From assembly GCF_037042905.1 (NCBI RefSeq), contig NC_087251.1, positions 43,216,001-43,280,000 on the forward strand: 64,000 bases of DNA, read 5' to 3'. Position numbers and translations under genes: made by a program. The notes under the pieces were generated by a model, which was given only the letters and a program-made list of their open reading frames with translations, was not told where the DNA came from and ran no database searches. Source of the stretch: Lytechinus pictus (Eukaryota). Of the stretch, positions 14,885 to 28,525 are shown one piece after another (within the stretch, counting starts at the first letter, position 1; every line of letters starts with the position of its first letter).

Positions 14885-15879
14885 ATGTATCTATTATAAT
14901 ATGCAATCCTTCAGTTTAGTAGGATGGACAGAGAATAACAGATTTGTAGTACCTATGACCTGGAATGAAAAACTTAGTTTCATTTGGGGGTGGTTTTGAT
15001 GAATGCTCTCCAACAGTAGATCGATGACTAGTTTCAGTTATAGGTCAGAATCGATCATCTGACAAGCAGAACAGAGCCAAGAAATTACCGAATTTCATTT
15101 GGCATCCTTCAAAATGTCAAGTTTAGGCCAGGGTTACAAGACAAGCGTTGAGTTTCATTTTGCTCTCTGAGTTCATGCTATGTATACAGCGTATTGAAAT
15201 TCAGCGGGATGATGTTGTATGAAGAATTGCCCCAATACGTCTTTCTCATTTTTAGTTTTAAAGAAAGAAAATCAGATAAAGACAAGGCAAGGTTTCCTCT
15301 CCAAGATTAATCAATGTTCTGGGAGCAGCATGCACCCTAGAATAAGGAGAAATGGCTAAGAGCGAAATAAGATGTTATAGGATGCAGATTTTAGGGGGCG
15401 ACTATTGCACATGGAGACAAATGGATTGGTGGGTGGGGTGGCATTATCAAGAAAATCACATCAATGTTTTTCATTGTTCACCATACTTCTCCCCCTGGTT
15501 AAAATAAAAAGATACTTATTATTATTTCTAAAATTAAGGAAAATACATATAGATTTATAAAAATTGTAGTCATTACAATCATAATGCAAACTCTTTTAAG
15601 CTGTTGCACATTACATAAAACATAATGTATAAGAATAATGAAATGTTGTATGGGGGTGTGTGGTATAATGACACTATATAGCTATGTCAACCCGGGAGCC
15701 ATTCTAGTAAGAGAAAACTGGTGCCTTGCAGCTATTATCTTAGAAAACCCTGTGAAAACAAATCAAGTATTGAATGCATCCTGGCTTTATCATTGCGATC
15801 GATGAGCATAGGAATACTCCTAAGGGGCTTATTGGGCTGCTGAGTTACAAGCTAATTGTGAAGAAGAAGCAATTGATTT

Positions 15880-16310
15880 GAGGTGGTGGTGGAGGGGGGG
15901 GGGGTGGATGAGAGGAAAGACGACAAGACAAGATGAATTGGATATGAACGAGTGGGAATAGAGTAGTTTCATGATTAGAATAGCTTGATGATGAGAAAGG
16001 TTTTGAGGTAGATGGAATGTGTAAATAACTGTCAGAGGAGATGCATGATGATGAGACAGAGATGAGATGAAAGAACGAAAAAAGAAGAAATACAGACAAT
16101 TAGTGGAGAGAATGATAGAGACAGAGAGAGAGACAGAATAATAGAGGGAAGAGAAAGAAAGAGGGAGAGAGAAGAGAGGCAATAACAAGAAAGAGAAAGG
16201 AGAGATGGGGAAATATGGTGAGAATCAGAGAGAGTGTGAGAAGATGGGGAGTGATTGGAAGATACAGAGAGAAAGTGAGAGAGACGGGAGGGGGGGGGTG
16301 GGGGGGGGTT
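15880..16310. repeat. Purine-rich (GA)n low-complexity tract with poly-G runs
   Basis: GA/GAGA runs are directly visible. Confidence 0.85.
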
Positions 16311-19280
16311 AAGACCAAATTGTGAATGTGTCAAACTTGAGCTCACTGGGCATGCTTCATTCAACTTCAAATTCCTTAACTCCTTTGCAAGTTCAAGTTC
16401 AAATTCCTTGCGCTCATGCTCCCTTACAGAAAGAAAATAGCAACAAGGATCCCGTAAGCAGGCTTCTGCATCGAGTCAAAGCTATATACAATGACATTGA
16501 TCATCCCCGTGGCACCCAACTGCACTTTCCTTGCATGCCCATCACATTTAAAGGGATTATGCCATGAAATATGAGAAAAGAATCATAAAGCTATTGTAAG
16601 ACATCATTAGGGGTATGAGAGTAATTTGCATGAGATAATGAGATCACATACGTAACTTAGATTGAAAGCTAAGACATAGAAATCCGAACTTGAATAAAAG
16701 ATTACTAGTACAGAGTTGAACTGTAGGAAGATTATGCTTATGAGAGCAAGATGGGATTGAGAGAAAATCTAAACAGAAAAGTAACAGAAAAGCAAAGAAT
16801 GAATGATTGAAAATGAAACAGACAGGCACATGATAGAGAGAACAGGAAAGAAGAAAGACATTGAAGATATACATTTATTCCAACATGTTAACATCGAAGG
16901 CTGAAAGCAAACTCAAACAAAAACAACCAATATTCCTTTAAAACAGACACGATGACTTTCCACGCTAATGCATAAGGAGGATAAATACGGGGCAAAGTCA
17001 CGCAACATCCCTGGATCTGTAACGAACATTCCCACATGCTTTACTTGCAGCGTTCCTCCTCGCTACCTCTAATGCTCTGCGTCTCTATCATGCACTGACA
17101 GACGAAACATTTAGGGATCATTATTTCTTTCATCAGACCCAATCGGTGCCAGGTGCCGGCTAAATCCCAGTTTTGTCACTGTCTTGCCCAATTTGGAGCT
17201 ACAGTACGTAGGGGACTGATGAAAGAACATTACTGTCTCGAGGCTGGCAGGATGGATACATGTGCATGTATCACACTGCCTGCCACAATCACATCACATC
17301 TTCTACCGGGCAAAGCACCTTATTTCTACTGTAACACTGGGTCTTATCTACAGTTTTGATTACCCATTCTTTTTAAAGTATCACAGGTCTCTCACTATTT
17401 TCAATTAAAAACCATCATAAAAATTGACTTCCTTGTTCTCCCTCCCCCATTTTTAGTTTTCATTTTAAGGCCATCTCAATAAATTACCAGATCATGAATT
17501 ATGAATATTTACATTTCTTAACATTGTGCATTGCGTAGTGAAACCTCAGACTTGACTTTTCACAATGGGCAGGTTTATACATGTATTTTGGGCGAAATGT
17601 ACATTATTAGAACCCCTTTCTAATGAGGGTAAATCTTCAAATGGTTTAAGCATATGGATACAGTAGGTCATTCATTAAGTGCATACAAATGATTTTTTTG
17701 GGGTTGCCTGAATAAAAAATCTCATTTTTGTCCCTGATATCTCAGTCACTGCTCTATTGCAACATCAAAATCTTTCAATTGTATGATTGATATTGACAAG
17801 CTGCACATGAACAGAGAGTAATAACTGGGAGATGCTCAACCTTAATCAAAATCAAGTTAAAGCTAGACATGGCTGAAAACTATTGAGGAAACAGCAAGCA
17901 TGTGGCTCTCAAACCATACTAACCACTGTGCCGAACCAGAATCTCCAAAAAATGACAGCTGTCCAACTCTGACAGCGTAACAAATTTGTCACATAACTAC
18001 AAAACGAAAGCATGAATATCATCAAGTTTTCTACGGGTGATGTCACACGTTGTCGCATGTACTTACGGGCATGACGAACCGGTCTGGATTCGCGCCCCAG
18101 CGTCTCGTAATTGGGGTATCCTTGAATGAGATGGTTTGGAAGATCGCTGGGTGACGGGAGACGGGGTTGCCTGGCGATGCATCGCTTATCTCAAGCTGTA
18201 CACATCTAGCGTAACTGTTGGTTTAACTAGCATGACGCCTTGCAATTGACTAGGAGGAGGAGAGGGGTGGGTTTTCCACGATCTCTTCATTAACGCTGCC
18301 TGTCTTCATGTGCCACAAGATCCCAGCACGCATCCCAACCAGAGATGCAGTAAGCCAAACCCAGCATCACTCTCCCTCCTCACTCACTGTCTACACTGCT
18401 TTGAAGATCAACCTCAAAACCTGGCACACCGATAATGAGCAGGACGAGGGAGGGGGGGGGGCGAGAAACTAAAACATCAACAATGGAAAGTCAAGTGCGA
18501 ATCGGAGAAGAAGAGAGTGACAGAGATGGAGGGAGAAGGCAATTAGAAGTAGCATTACAGCTGGGTGACGAGGAGTGGAGTCCCGAGTGGAGCACAGCAG
18601 GGCAAGAGCCTAGCCGGGATAGAGGTGACATACGACTGGATTGGTTTTGACATTGCCGGAGCAGATACAGAGGTTGAGTAAATAAATAGGTGATGGGGGA
18701 TGCCTGGTAGGCATGCCAGACACCCGTGGTATGCCCACATCCAAAAAAAAAAAATCGCAACAAAAAGAGTCGGGTAACGAACCGAAACTCTGAAATCTAT
18801 CGTGCCTTGAAATGCCAAGTTGATTAAAATGCCACGATTAATTACTAACTCTCAAAGCAGCTAGTAGAAATATCAGAGATGGGTATATTTGGACTGTTTT
18901 GAAATAGACATGCATAAATGTGAGGTGTGGAATGCATAAAAGATTATAATAATTTCAAATTATCTTCATTACTATATAGTTAATCATAACATATCACCAG
19001 TATCAGGATTGAAAATGCAAATATCATTTAAGAGGATCGCATCATAATTAAAATATCCAAAAACCACAAACTGCTACTCGGCCATGTCAATTTGGTTCAT
19101 GTACTGTATACCAACCATTTTTAGTCTAAATTTATACTTTCCTTCCCTCCTTTGTGCATCCCCTTATCTCACCCCAACCCACCCCTCCCCACCTCCCTCT
19201 CTGCTCCTAGGTTATCATTATACAGCGTTTTTAAGCACTTGACTAGTGATAAGAAGTCTCTGTGGTAACAAGTTCATCTA

Positions 19281-19685
19281 CTTGAGACATCTCAAACCTA
19301 CATCAGCATCCTCCAATGGACGTCCCCTGATCCTCAACTGGAGAGCAGGGAGAATTTCATGAATACAACACTCGGTGACTGTTTGTTATAAGCTACTGAA
19401 ATCCTGGCATCTGATTGGCTCAGAGCAATTTTGTCGGTGAAAATCACCGATATACTTGACACATCTCAAACCTACATCAGCTACCTCCAATGGAGGTCCC
19501 TCGATCCTCAACTGGAGCGAGGGGAGAATTGTCACTGATTTTCACCGACTGTTTGTTGCAAGCTACTGAAATCTGATTGGCTTAAAACAAATTTGTCGGT
19601 GAAAAATCACTGATATTCTTGAGACATCTCGAACCCACAACGGCCTCCGCCAATGGAGGTCCCTTGATCATCAGCTAGAGAGCAA
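19281..19685. repeat. Diverged tandem duplication (units 174 and 163 bp, about 2.4 copies) containing a MITE fragment
   Basis: The sequence cttga(g/c)acatctc recurs at 19281, 19455 and 19618. Confidence 0.88.
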
Positions 19686-19914
19686 GAATTCACAGTTGCG
19701 ACAGGTAACAAAATCCTGTAAATTGCCACTAGGTCTACACCTGCTTATGTCAACTTTCCACTTGGTCTCTGCCCACATGGTCTAATCCTAGTTCACCAAC
19801 AACCAGTTTGGTTTATTAGCCATTTGGCCCATTTACCATTTTGTCTAATTTCCAGTCGGGCTTTACCCATTATATCTAACATGATTTGGTATAATACTAC
19901 TTAGTTAATGTGAC

Positions 19915-20194
19915 TAGCCTCCCTTCACATGATAAAAAAAATCGTAATTTGAATGATGTTTCCAGTGAAAAATAGGCTAATGACGAATTTTTAGCACGTG
20001 TGAAACCCAAACCAGAACATGATTAGAATCACAAACACAATCACGAATTCAAATTCTACTCCGGAGGCGAATTCCAGTTAAGTTTCACTCAAATCACGGA
20101 TTTCGAGTGAGCGTGTGAAAGGTCCGATGATTCTGAAGACGAATTGCAATCATCATTACAATGATGATTCAAAATTCACATGTGAAAAGGCCCT
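19915..20194. mobile_element. Degenerate MITE with ttcaca/tgtgaa motifs
   Basis: The ends tagcctcccttcacatg and catgtgaaaaggcccta are imperfect inverted repeats. The motif gtgtgaaa recurs internally. Confidence 0.5.
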
Positions 20195-20286
20195 AGAACT
20201 GTTTATAAACCAACTTTTCATTTAAAAGTGTGCAAAATGATAAGAAGATTGAATGGTTATGGGACCATGTGAGCACTAGACTAATA

Positions 20287-20444
20287 CCTTGGTCACATTT
20301 GATCTACGGCGGCCGTACGGCGAGTCAAAAACAGCCGTTTTATTGATTTTAATTCAAACCACCTATATGTAGTTGGTACACAAAATGTTAAAACGGCTGT
20401 TTTCGACTCGCCGTACGGCCGCCGTAGAACAAATGTGACCAAGG
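20287..20444. mobile_element. Near-perfect palindromic MITE flanked by TA
   Basis: The arms are about 55 bp (ccttggtcacatttgatctacggcggccgtacggcgagtcaaaaacagccgtttt and its reverse complement) with 2 mismatches. TA lies at 20285-20286 and 20445-20446. Confidence 0.9.
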
Positions 20445-20567
20445 TATAAATGACAATTACCCTGGTATTAGACCAAGTAAGGTGTAGTCCAAACAGGAAT
20501 TAGATCAAATTGATAGACTAAATGGATTTAGCCCATGTGGTATTAGACTATCTAAGAAGTAGATTGT

Positions 20568-20840
20568 GGGCGCGTCATGGTCTAGTGGTTCTGACTCTCG
20601 CCTTTCAAACAGAGAGTTGTGGGTTCGAAACCTAGGCATGGCGTGTTTTCCTTCAGCAAGAAATTTATCCACACTGTGCTGCACTCGACCCAGGTGAGGT
20701 GAATGGGTACCCGGCAGGATTAATTCCTTGAACGCACCAAGCGCCTTTAGCAGCTGTAGCTACAGCTGGCCTGGGGTAATATATAGTGCGCCATTGAATC
20801 GGCAACTAGATAAATCGGCACCTCATAAATGCTATATATT
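20568..20840 (+). mobile_element. tRNA-derived SINE, near full length
   Basis: It has a Pol III A box (TGGTCTAGTGG) and B box (GGTTCGAAACC). A CORE-like central segment follows (ccttcagcaagaaatttatccacactgtgctgcactcgacccaggtgaggtgaatgggtacc), then an AT-rich tail. A second partial copy lies at about 36736-36880. Confidence 0.85.
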
Positions 20841-23800
20841 AAGTAGACCAATTGCTTACATACCAAGTGAATGTCAACCACAAATCCACCATCAGAAATG
20901 AAATTTGAACTGAGAAGAAAAAAAAGACAAAGACAAATGAATTCCCCCCCCCCCCCCCAAACAAAAAAGAAACAAACTTGTAATGATATGAAACTGTAAA
21001 AAAAAATGGAAGTCATTGATAAGTTCTAGACAAAAAGAAAAGATAGTCAAAAAAGAAGGGTGCAGGAAATAGGGGCTTTCCGAATACCAGCTCTTGGGGA
21101 ATAGGAGGAAATAGAAGTGAAGAATAGGAGAACCTGACATGCATGTCGCCTATGGGCAATGTTTACAGGATGGCCAAATTATATTTCATTATCAAAAACA
21201 TTTCCAATCTCCTGAGATGTCTAGAGTTAAAGCAGCATTACATCTTAACAATGGTAGTCATTCAGTTTCTGTAGATAGAAATATTAAACTGACTGAAAAA
21301 TTCGGATAATATTCATCAACACATGTGAAACTTCAAATGTTCAAATATTCATATTACCGTGATGGTGTTTCGGTGAGATTATGTAGAAATAAATAAGAAT
21401 AATACAATGTTTGCTGGGTTTTTCATAACATTGACGCTTACTTATAATGAGAGGAAGAAGTCATGTTAACTTGTTATGATGTCTTCCGTTTCTATCATTA
21501 AATAGACCAACATCGAAGTAGGATAGGGAATGATCATTTTCTAATGTCTTTTCCTGTTGAAGCGTTTTTTCATGCTCTTATCAGAACTGACAAACAGGTT
21601 ATCTTATTTCGGCTTCTCCGATTAAATGAATAGCAAAAGCACAACTGTAGGAAATGCCCAATTTTCAACACAATTGGGACGATAAAGACTTTCTCGCTAA
21701 AACACAATTACGGCTTCATGTGGTTAATACTATCGCGTTCTCCATGTGAAAGAAATGTGTTTAACATCCATGTTGAAAACACACACATTTCACAACATCT
21801 GTTCGTGATGGAATTCCGAGTTGAAGCATAACACGATAAGCATGGGACAAGGCATAGATAATGATGCTACGGATGCTTCAGCATCAGTTTAAACAAATGT
21901 TTATGTTCCGCTACATCCTCAACAATGGGAAACTCATCTCGCCTTGAGTGACAGATCATCTCCACATCAAATGTGATCAGTTTTGACATCAAAACTGCTC
22001 AAAATAGGGACAGATGATCAGATATGTCTTGAAGATTGTAACAACTTTACCATATTTCAATCCAATACTCAATGCCTGAGTTCTCTCGTAGTCTCCTCCA
22101 CAATACTTTAGCCCCTCAGTTACGATCAAGTCACATACTTCATTAAAGTGTATTTTCTTCCTGAATCTAACTTTTTCAAAAATCAATCTTCTCTGACAAA
22201 CATTCCTAAACTATGACAATGTATCACACAATTTCTGTCAACAAATTAGATACATTTCGTGGGGGGTTTTCGGCGTAAAAGAAGGTGTTCACGTCTGCAG
22301 ACGTCTGGTCAGCTAAGACCAGTCTGAAGACTGAATATCTTTAGCCAGTCTGGGGAAGGAATTACTGGACAAAGGATCTGGACTTGGTTAAGGATGATGA
22401 AGATGTACCTTATGGATTTACCCGATGAGAGCAAAAAGTCATTGACTTCAACAATATCTGTTTAACCCATTCATCGCCTCCACTTTGAAATAAGAGGATA
22501 TTACAAGGTTTTATGCTGCGGACGTTTATGAGTATACGCGCCTTCCTAGCACCATCACAAAGTAACTAAAAAATCTTTAAAGCGGAAAAAAGAGACCATG
22601 TGAACAAACTACAAATTGTAAAAAAAAATAATAATAATCAGAAGGATTTTATCTCATATGCATATATGGAAAAATAAAACAAGAGATATTATACAAAATA
22701 GAAAAAGCCCACAAGATTCACTCAAAGCATTCACTTACAGTGATACTGCAACTGAGTTACAAGTTGATGAAAGTATCATATGTATTGTATGAAAGAAACA
22801 AAGAATCTAGCTTTTGATCAAATATTACATCATAGAATCTTAACATTGAAATGTCTACATGGTGATATGAATCATGGCTAATTATTCATCGCATAATTAG
22901 CATAAAACCAAGCACGGAGTTATCGGCTTCTGAAAGTCGCATCATCAAAAAATTCTGGGGGTTACACTCGGTCTGATATCTGATCGTCGTGAATTAGAGG
23001 AATTTAAGTGAAACATCCTCTTTTTATCGACCCTGGATTGGTTCAGTATATCGCGTTTGACAAGCTGCCAGTGCCAGATCTAGAAAGAATTAATTTTGAG
23101 AAGTCATTCTTAACTAATCCTCTTAAGTTCATGGCAGGATGATTAATATCTTATTTTCCCTAATACTTTGAGCTGGCATTTTTATCTTCTCTCGGCTGAC
23201 TGATTTGATTTTGGGATGAAAGTTTGGGCTAAAATTCACCCACATGGATAGATTATACTGGGATTATTAGATACATGCTAAACTAATAGTTCAATCATAA
23301 ATATTATATTGCAGTGAAATTTAGGGATTTTTAAATATAAATTGATCGAGGTGAGCCTTGAACAGAAATCAAGAGCCGGGATACTTCAAGAAGAGCTCAT
23401 AACTGTCTATAAACAAATCTAACATGATTTGAATAATTGTTATCCCAAAATACAAATCCCGATTAGGCAAATACAGTTTTGGTAATTATTTTAAAAATTA
23501 AAAAAAAAAATTAATATACATTTAAATGTTAAAAGAGTGTGGGAAATTCTATCCCAGTTGAGTCATACTCTAGTTGTTAACTTCATTGAACAGATATAAA
23601 AAAAGCTTTATAATTTTCAAGATAAAGAATCAAGATTTCTTAGTCATCAGAAATTAATAAATCATTCAATAAGGACATAAATCATAACTGAGTTATAAAG
23701 GATGACTTTGAGTGTCCCCAAGAAAGTGAACCTTATCCCGTGAAGTGGAAAAACCAGTCACAACACTCGTGTCCCATTTCTAATCCCAAAGCACTAATGT

Positions 23801-26129
23801 TCATCAAAATGGCACAGAATATGAAAGGCCCCTATGACAAGAGCATGGCTGTCAGTGTGAGACCTTCGTTTGACCAAACCGTCATCCGAAACGCCACCGT
23901 CTTAATTTATTAGGTATTATTTCATCTCCTAAACAAAATTGCACAAGAGGGGGATCACGTGTCTCCTGTGTTAGGTGTGAGGGAAACTCACTGTTTGGGA
24001 GATGATTTGTGTTCAAGTAAACCGAGATGGCTCTATTCGCTTCTAGCTGATGCCGACATTCCACTGAATAATGAATGTTGTACGTTACAAGCCGGCGCGC
24101 TGGGACGACTCGCAGATAGGAACGTCCGGTCGGGTTTCAGATTAAATGGGCTCTGTTATGCATAGTTGTGACTTGGCGAGTCACATTCATCATATTTAAG
24201 GAGAGATGTGAGTGACTGAAAATGATTGAAGATGAATGAAGAGAGTAGGGAAGAGAGAAGCAAGGTTGGATACACTAAAACAACAAGGGAGAACCCCGTG
24301 TTCTACTTGCATTAAAATTAGAAGATAAGAAGAATATGTTTTTACATAAATTCTTTGTAAAATTTTGTGTAAGATAATAACCTATGTTAATGCATGCCTT
24401 TGTATCATTCATACTTCCTTTCACCTTTTTTTTTCATTTTCTTGTACTTTGAAACTTTTGTTAAAAGCCCCTAATACTTTTATTTTCTTTATTACCAATG
24501 GATATATGACGAAGCAGAAGACAGTTCCATCAGATAATGTTTGAAAAAGTCAGGTCTCTATTTGATAGAATATGAAGGAAATGCTAAGGTAAATGCTATA
24601 ACAGATATTTATTCCATTTTCGATTTCCACGTATGATTGGTAACGCAGACCGTACTAACAAGACCACCCTATCGTTCTCCTCATTCAACCAGCCTTCAAA
24701 ATATATTTATGATTCACGTACTGACCTCAAATATCTTACAAGCTAGTAATGCACTCATTGTTAATCCCGAGTCTTTTAACAGATATATGTCATCTCATCC
24801 AATTTTCCAGATAGAGTATGGGATGGGGGAGCTGCTTGAGTTTAGGAGACAGTTGGATGCACTGGTCAAAGGATTATGACCAATCCAGATGACCATACGA
24901 TGCACCATGGTTACTAATGATGATCGCCACGGCATCCGTTGGAAGCTTGTGGAGGGGGGGACCGGGATGGATTGGGCGACGAATTTCGGAAGATTGGAGA
25001 GACAAGACGGACGTGAATGAAGAGATGAATTGAATTAACCCGAGAGACGGGAGTGATTGAAAGCCAGGCAGAGACATGGTGAGAGACGGACAGCCAAACG
25101 GACATGTCCAGAAAACACTGGAAAGAGATCACACCATGTATGGAATGCTATAGAGATGGAAAATGGACATGGCAGACATGAATCAATCCCATGTAAGGAC
25201 CAAGAGACCGGTTCCATGTCGTGACAAAGTTGATAAATTTAATCAATACTGTCATTTTAACTGGTGCAAGGTTGTCTAGTCGGAATAATGATTGGTTTCT
25301 GAAGATTGAAAACAACAAGGGTTGGAAAATATGACCTTGGATGACATTCATCAACCGACCCCATCCCCTTTCAATTTCATTCTTGCTCTTTCACTCTATC
25401 ATGGGAGAAAACATGTGAGAAGAAAATATGTGTATCAATTCAATTAATTCAATCACATATTTTATTCATTGATCTATCATATTCACAAATTCATTATTTA
25501 TTCATCAATTTATAATTTCCTTTTTTATTCAGTTAAGAATTTGTTTCTTCATTATTTCATGCATTGCTTATATTCATTAATTCCTTCATTTTATGCATCA
25601 TTTATTCCATATGAATTATTTCAGTCGTTTATTCTCTCATTAATTATTTTAATTCATTTCTCTTTTCATTCATTCATTCATTCTTTCCCGTTCCTACCAA
25701 AAAAGTCTTGCTTGAATTCATATCATGCAGATGAAGAAGCATAGCAAGCACAGTTGCAAGAAACTCGTCCATTCACAAACCAAAATGATCTCTCTTCTGC
25801 CATCTTTTATCTCAGATCACTACTTCAAAAGAGCAGTGATTTATGCTGACAGTGAGCTTGTAGGAAAGGATACCAGCGATCGACATCGTCCATCCATGAT
25901 TACTTCATGAGCTCTGTGGCCATCGTCGTTGATACTGGATGCCACTATTGATTTTGATGGCACAACAAGAGACCCGACTTGGATTGCTCAGGCATGAGAG
26001 GGATTGATAATATCAAACACCATATGGAGGGCCCTTTCACATGGGAAGTTTTTAAGCATCAATCTCATCTAATCTGATTTCTGTGCAATGGTTGGTAGTA
26101 AAGTCTTCTTAAAAGAAAATTAGAAAAGA

Positions 26130-26685
26130 TAATAATATGCAACATTTTACATAGCACTATGTCTCAAATGCTGCTTTAGCACAGCAACCCTGATCAGGGT
26201 CCCGTTTCATGAAGACTTGTTTTGTTATAATAACAAATGCACAATTTCTATAACAAGTCTACTATCAGCCAATCGGATTGAATGATTTCAGTAGCTTTAA
26301 ACTGTTCTTGAAAAATTTCTTACTACAGCAAAGTCCAATGAAATCGGTCCCAGGTGTTCAAGCAAAACAAGCATTCAAAGAATTCATGGGGAGAAAGTGG
26401 CAAATGTCAGCCAATTGTCTTGCAAAATGAGTGCTTCAGTGTGATTTGAACCCCGGGTGTTGTGGTTCAAAACCTGGAGAATTAACCACTGATCCCCATT
26501 TCAAGAGAAATCTTGAGTGATTTTCCTGAGAAGCAACTCTCACCCATAGAGCCAAATATGCTGGAGTAGGATTTGAACCCTACACTTCATGATTCAAAAT
26601 CTGGAGACTTGACCACTGAGCCCATCTTAAATGACAGGTCCAGAGTGGGTTTTTTTTCCTGAGAAGCAACACTCAACTATGGACC
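26130..26685 (-). mobile_element. Degenerate minus-strand SINE with a tandemly duplicated tRNA-like head and an inserted MITE
   Basis: Two copies of gatttgaaccc...aaccactga/gaccactga (B box and A box on the minus strand) lie about 127 bp apart. Each is followed by ttttcctgagaagcaac. Confidence 0.55.
26198..26350. mobile_element. Harbinger/PIF-like MITE
   Basis: Imperfect TIRs (ggtcccgtttcat / atgaaatcggtcc) are flanked by a CAG direct repeat (26195-26197 and 26351-26353). The internal agccaatc..gatttcagtagctt is the reverse complement of a motif in the 32579 element. Confidence 0.65.
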
Positions 26686-28319
26686 CATATTAACAGTGAA
26701 TAATGCACATGTCCACTCCTAATACCATCATCTTTGCGATGGAGAATACCTACGGGTGCTCTTGTAGGTACCTGACATTATAATCTCATTTGCCTGTATC
26801 ACCAACTTTCACATTGCTCTTCTGGATTTGAAAGCTATGAGCAAGTGTGACTGATAGCTACTCAGCCGAAATCAAAACTTCTGCTTCCCTCTCAAAATCC
26901 TATGTAAAATGAACAAAATTATAGGCAAAGTGTATCTCCATCAAGAAAATGTGCCAAAGGAAATAAATACACAGGGCTGAGAAAATGGAGGTATACTAGT
27001 TAAGTCCCATGACTGAGAATGAAAGAAAACATGGAATACAGTTTAAAACAAACAAAAAATTGAAAGTGGAGAGTGCAAAAAATTACCTTAGTATCATTTA
27101 CTTCTTCAGTTACAAATGCATTATTTAATCCTTCTGAATTCCCCAAAATAAAAAAAAATTTCCCTTATTTGGGCTCCACAATTAAATTGCTGTCATTTCA
27201 AATTATGCCCCCAAAATGTGAGATCACTACTGATCAATCTGCTTACATTAATAGATCTTATGAAAAATAAAAGAAAAGGGTCAAGGAAGAGTTAATGAAA
27301 GGAGTATGTGGACATTTGATCTGGGCAATGACCCTCAAGAGTAAGGAAAATGTTGTATATTGTGTTAAGGGTGACTGAATCTATGTTAGGAAATTAAATA
27401 ATGAACTGCACGCAAGTTTTGAGTGCAGTAACGACCCGAAACCAAGAGGATGCGTCTTGTGAGATAAGAGACAAAACGGCACGTGTCAAGATGGGTAAAC
27501 TATGCTGATCAATATGATTAACGGGGAATCATGGAATCGAATAGGAAACCTGAGAGATTGGAATGAAGATAGTGAATATAATCTAAATCTAAGATCATTC
27601 GTGGCAGACTTGGAGGTGACAGAAAATAATGATGGACTTAGTCCAAGTTTGAATCAAAGTAGAGGATGTCGGCTTTCGGCATTCCTATGACGCATTTATT
27701 TCACTTTTACAAAGTTCCATTCATCTTGATTTTAGTACATTATCTTTATGAAAACAAAGAGTTCTATGACCGAAACTATGCTCTAAAAATTTAAATATGA
27801 AACACTACTTCAAAGAGCTCGGAAGTAATATCATCATAATTCTCACTTAACACACGCAATGCTTGACTCAAAAGATAAATCCAACAGTATAAAGGTAGAT
27901 TTAATTATACTGAAAGAGCGTTAAGTGACAAACTTCATTTAGCTATACATTTTAGTGCAGTTTTGCAATATTCAATGAATAAAATAGTTATTTTCATCAA
28001 GAAATCTGTTTTTCTTGGTGCATCATTTTAAAGAGAAGAGTTTAAGAAGTTTGCTTAGTTTTCGCACTGCTATTACAACGTTAGCTGGGTCACGTGGAGG
28101 TATAGTTATTGGGAAACCAATGTCAATGCCCGCTATGTGACATGAAGATCCGAGTGAACTTCACCTATCCCTTGGACAAGCAACAAACTTGCCTTCAATC
28201 ACAAAGCCGTAGCCATGAGAGCATACCCTAACATTGATTTTCGCCTGCAATCGGAGCGAGTCGGAGCTGTAATTGTAGCCCCTCAAAGGATAGAAACTTT
28301 CCACTGCAATTTTCATTAA

Positions 28320-28525
28320 GAGGAAGAGAGGGTGGAAGAAAAGTGATGGAGACAGAGAGACAGAGAAAGAGAGAGATTGAATGAGAGAGAAACAGAGAAA
28401 AGAGAGCAAAAGAACTGAAAGCAAAACAGAGAAACAGGGAGCAAAGTAGATATAGAGAGAGAAAGACATAGAGAAAGAGAGAGAGAGAGAGAATAAGAGA
28501 AGATTGAAGTAGAGGTAGAAAGGAA
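28320..28525. repeat. Purine-rich (GA)n low-complexity tract
   Basis: GA runs are directly visible. Confidence 0.85.

Noticed and set aside
18382..18560. Possible alternative coding first exon of KIF26 (minus-strand gtgagt donor at 18382-18387)
   Set aside because: The upstream ATGs I checked reach a stop before the donor. A non-coding exon cannot be supported without transcript data.
20568..20645. Possible tRNA gene (also 38401-38475)
   Set aside because: A and B boxes are present, but the cloverleaf stems are imperfect and the sequence continues into a SINE-type body.
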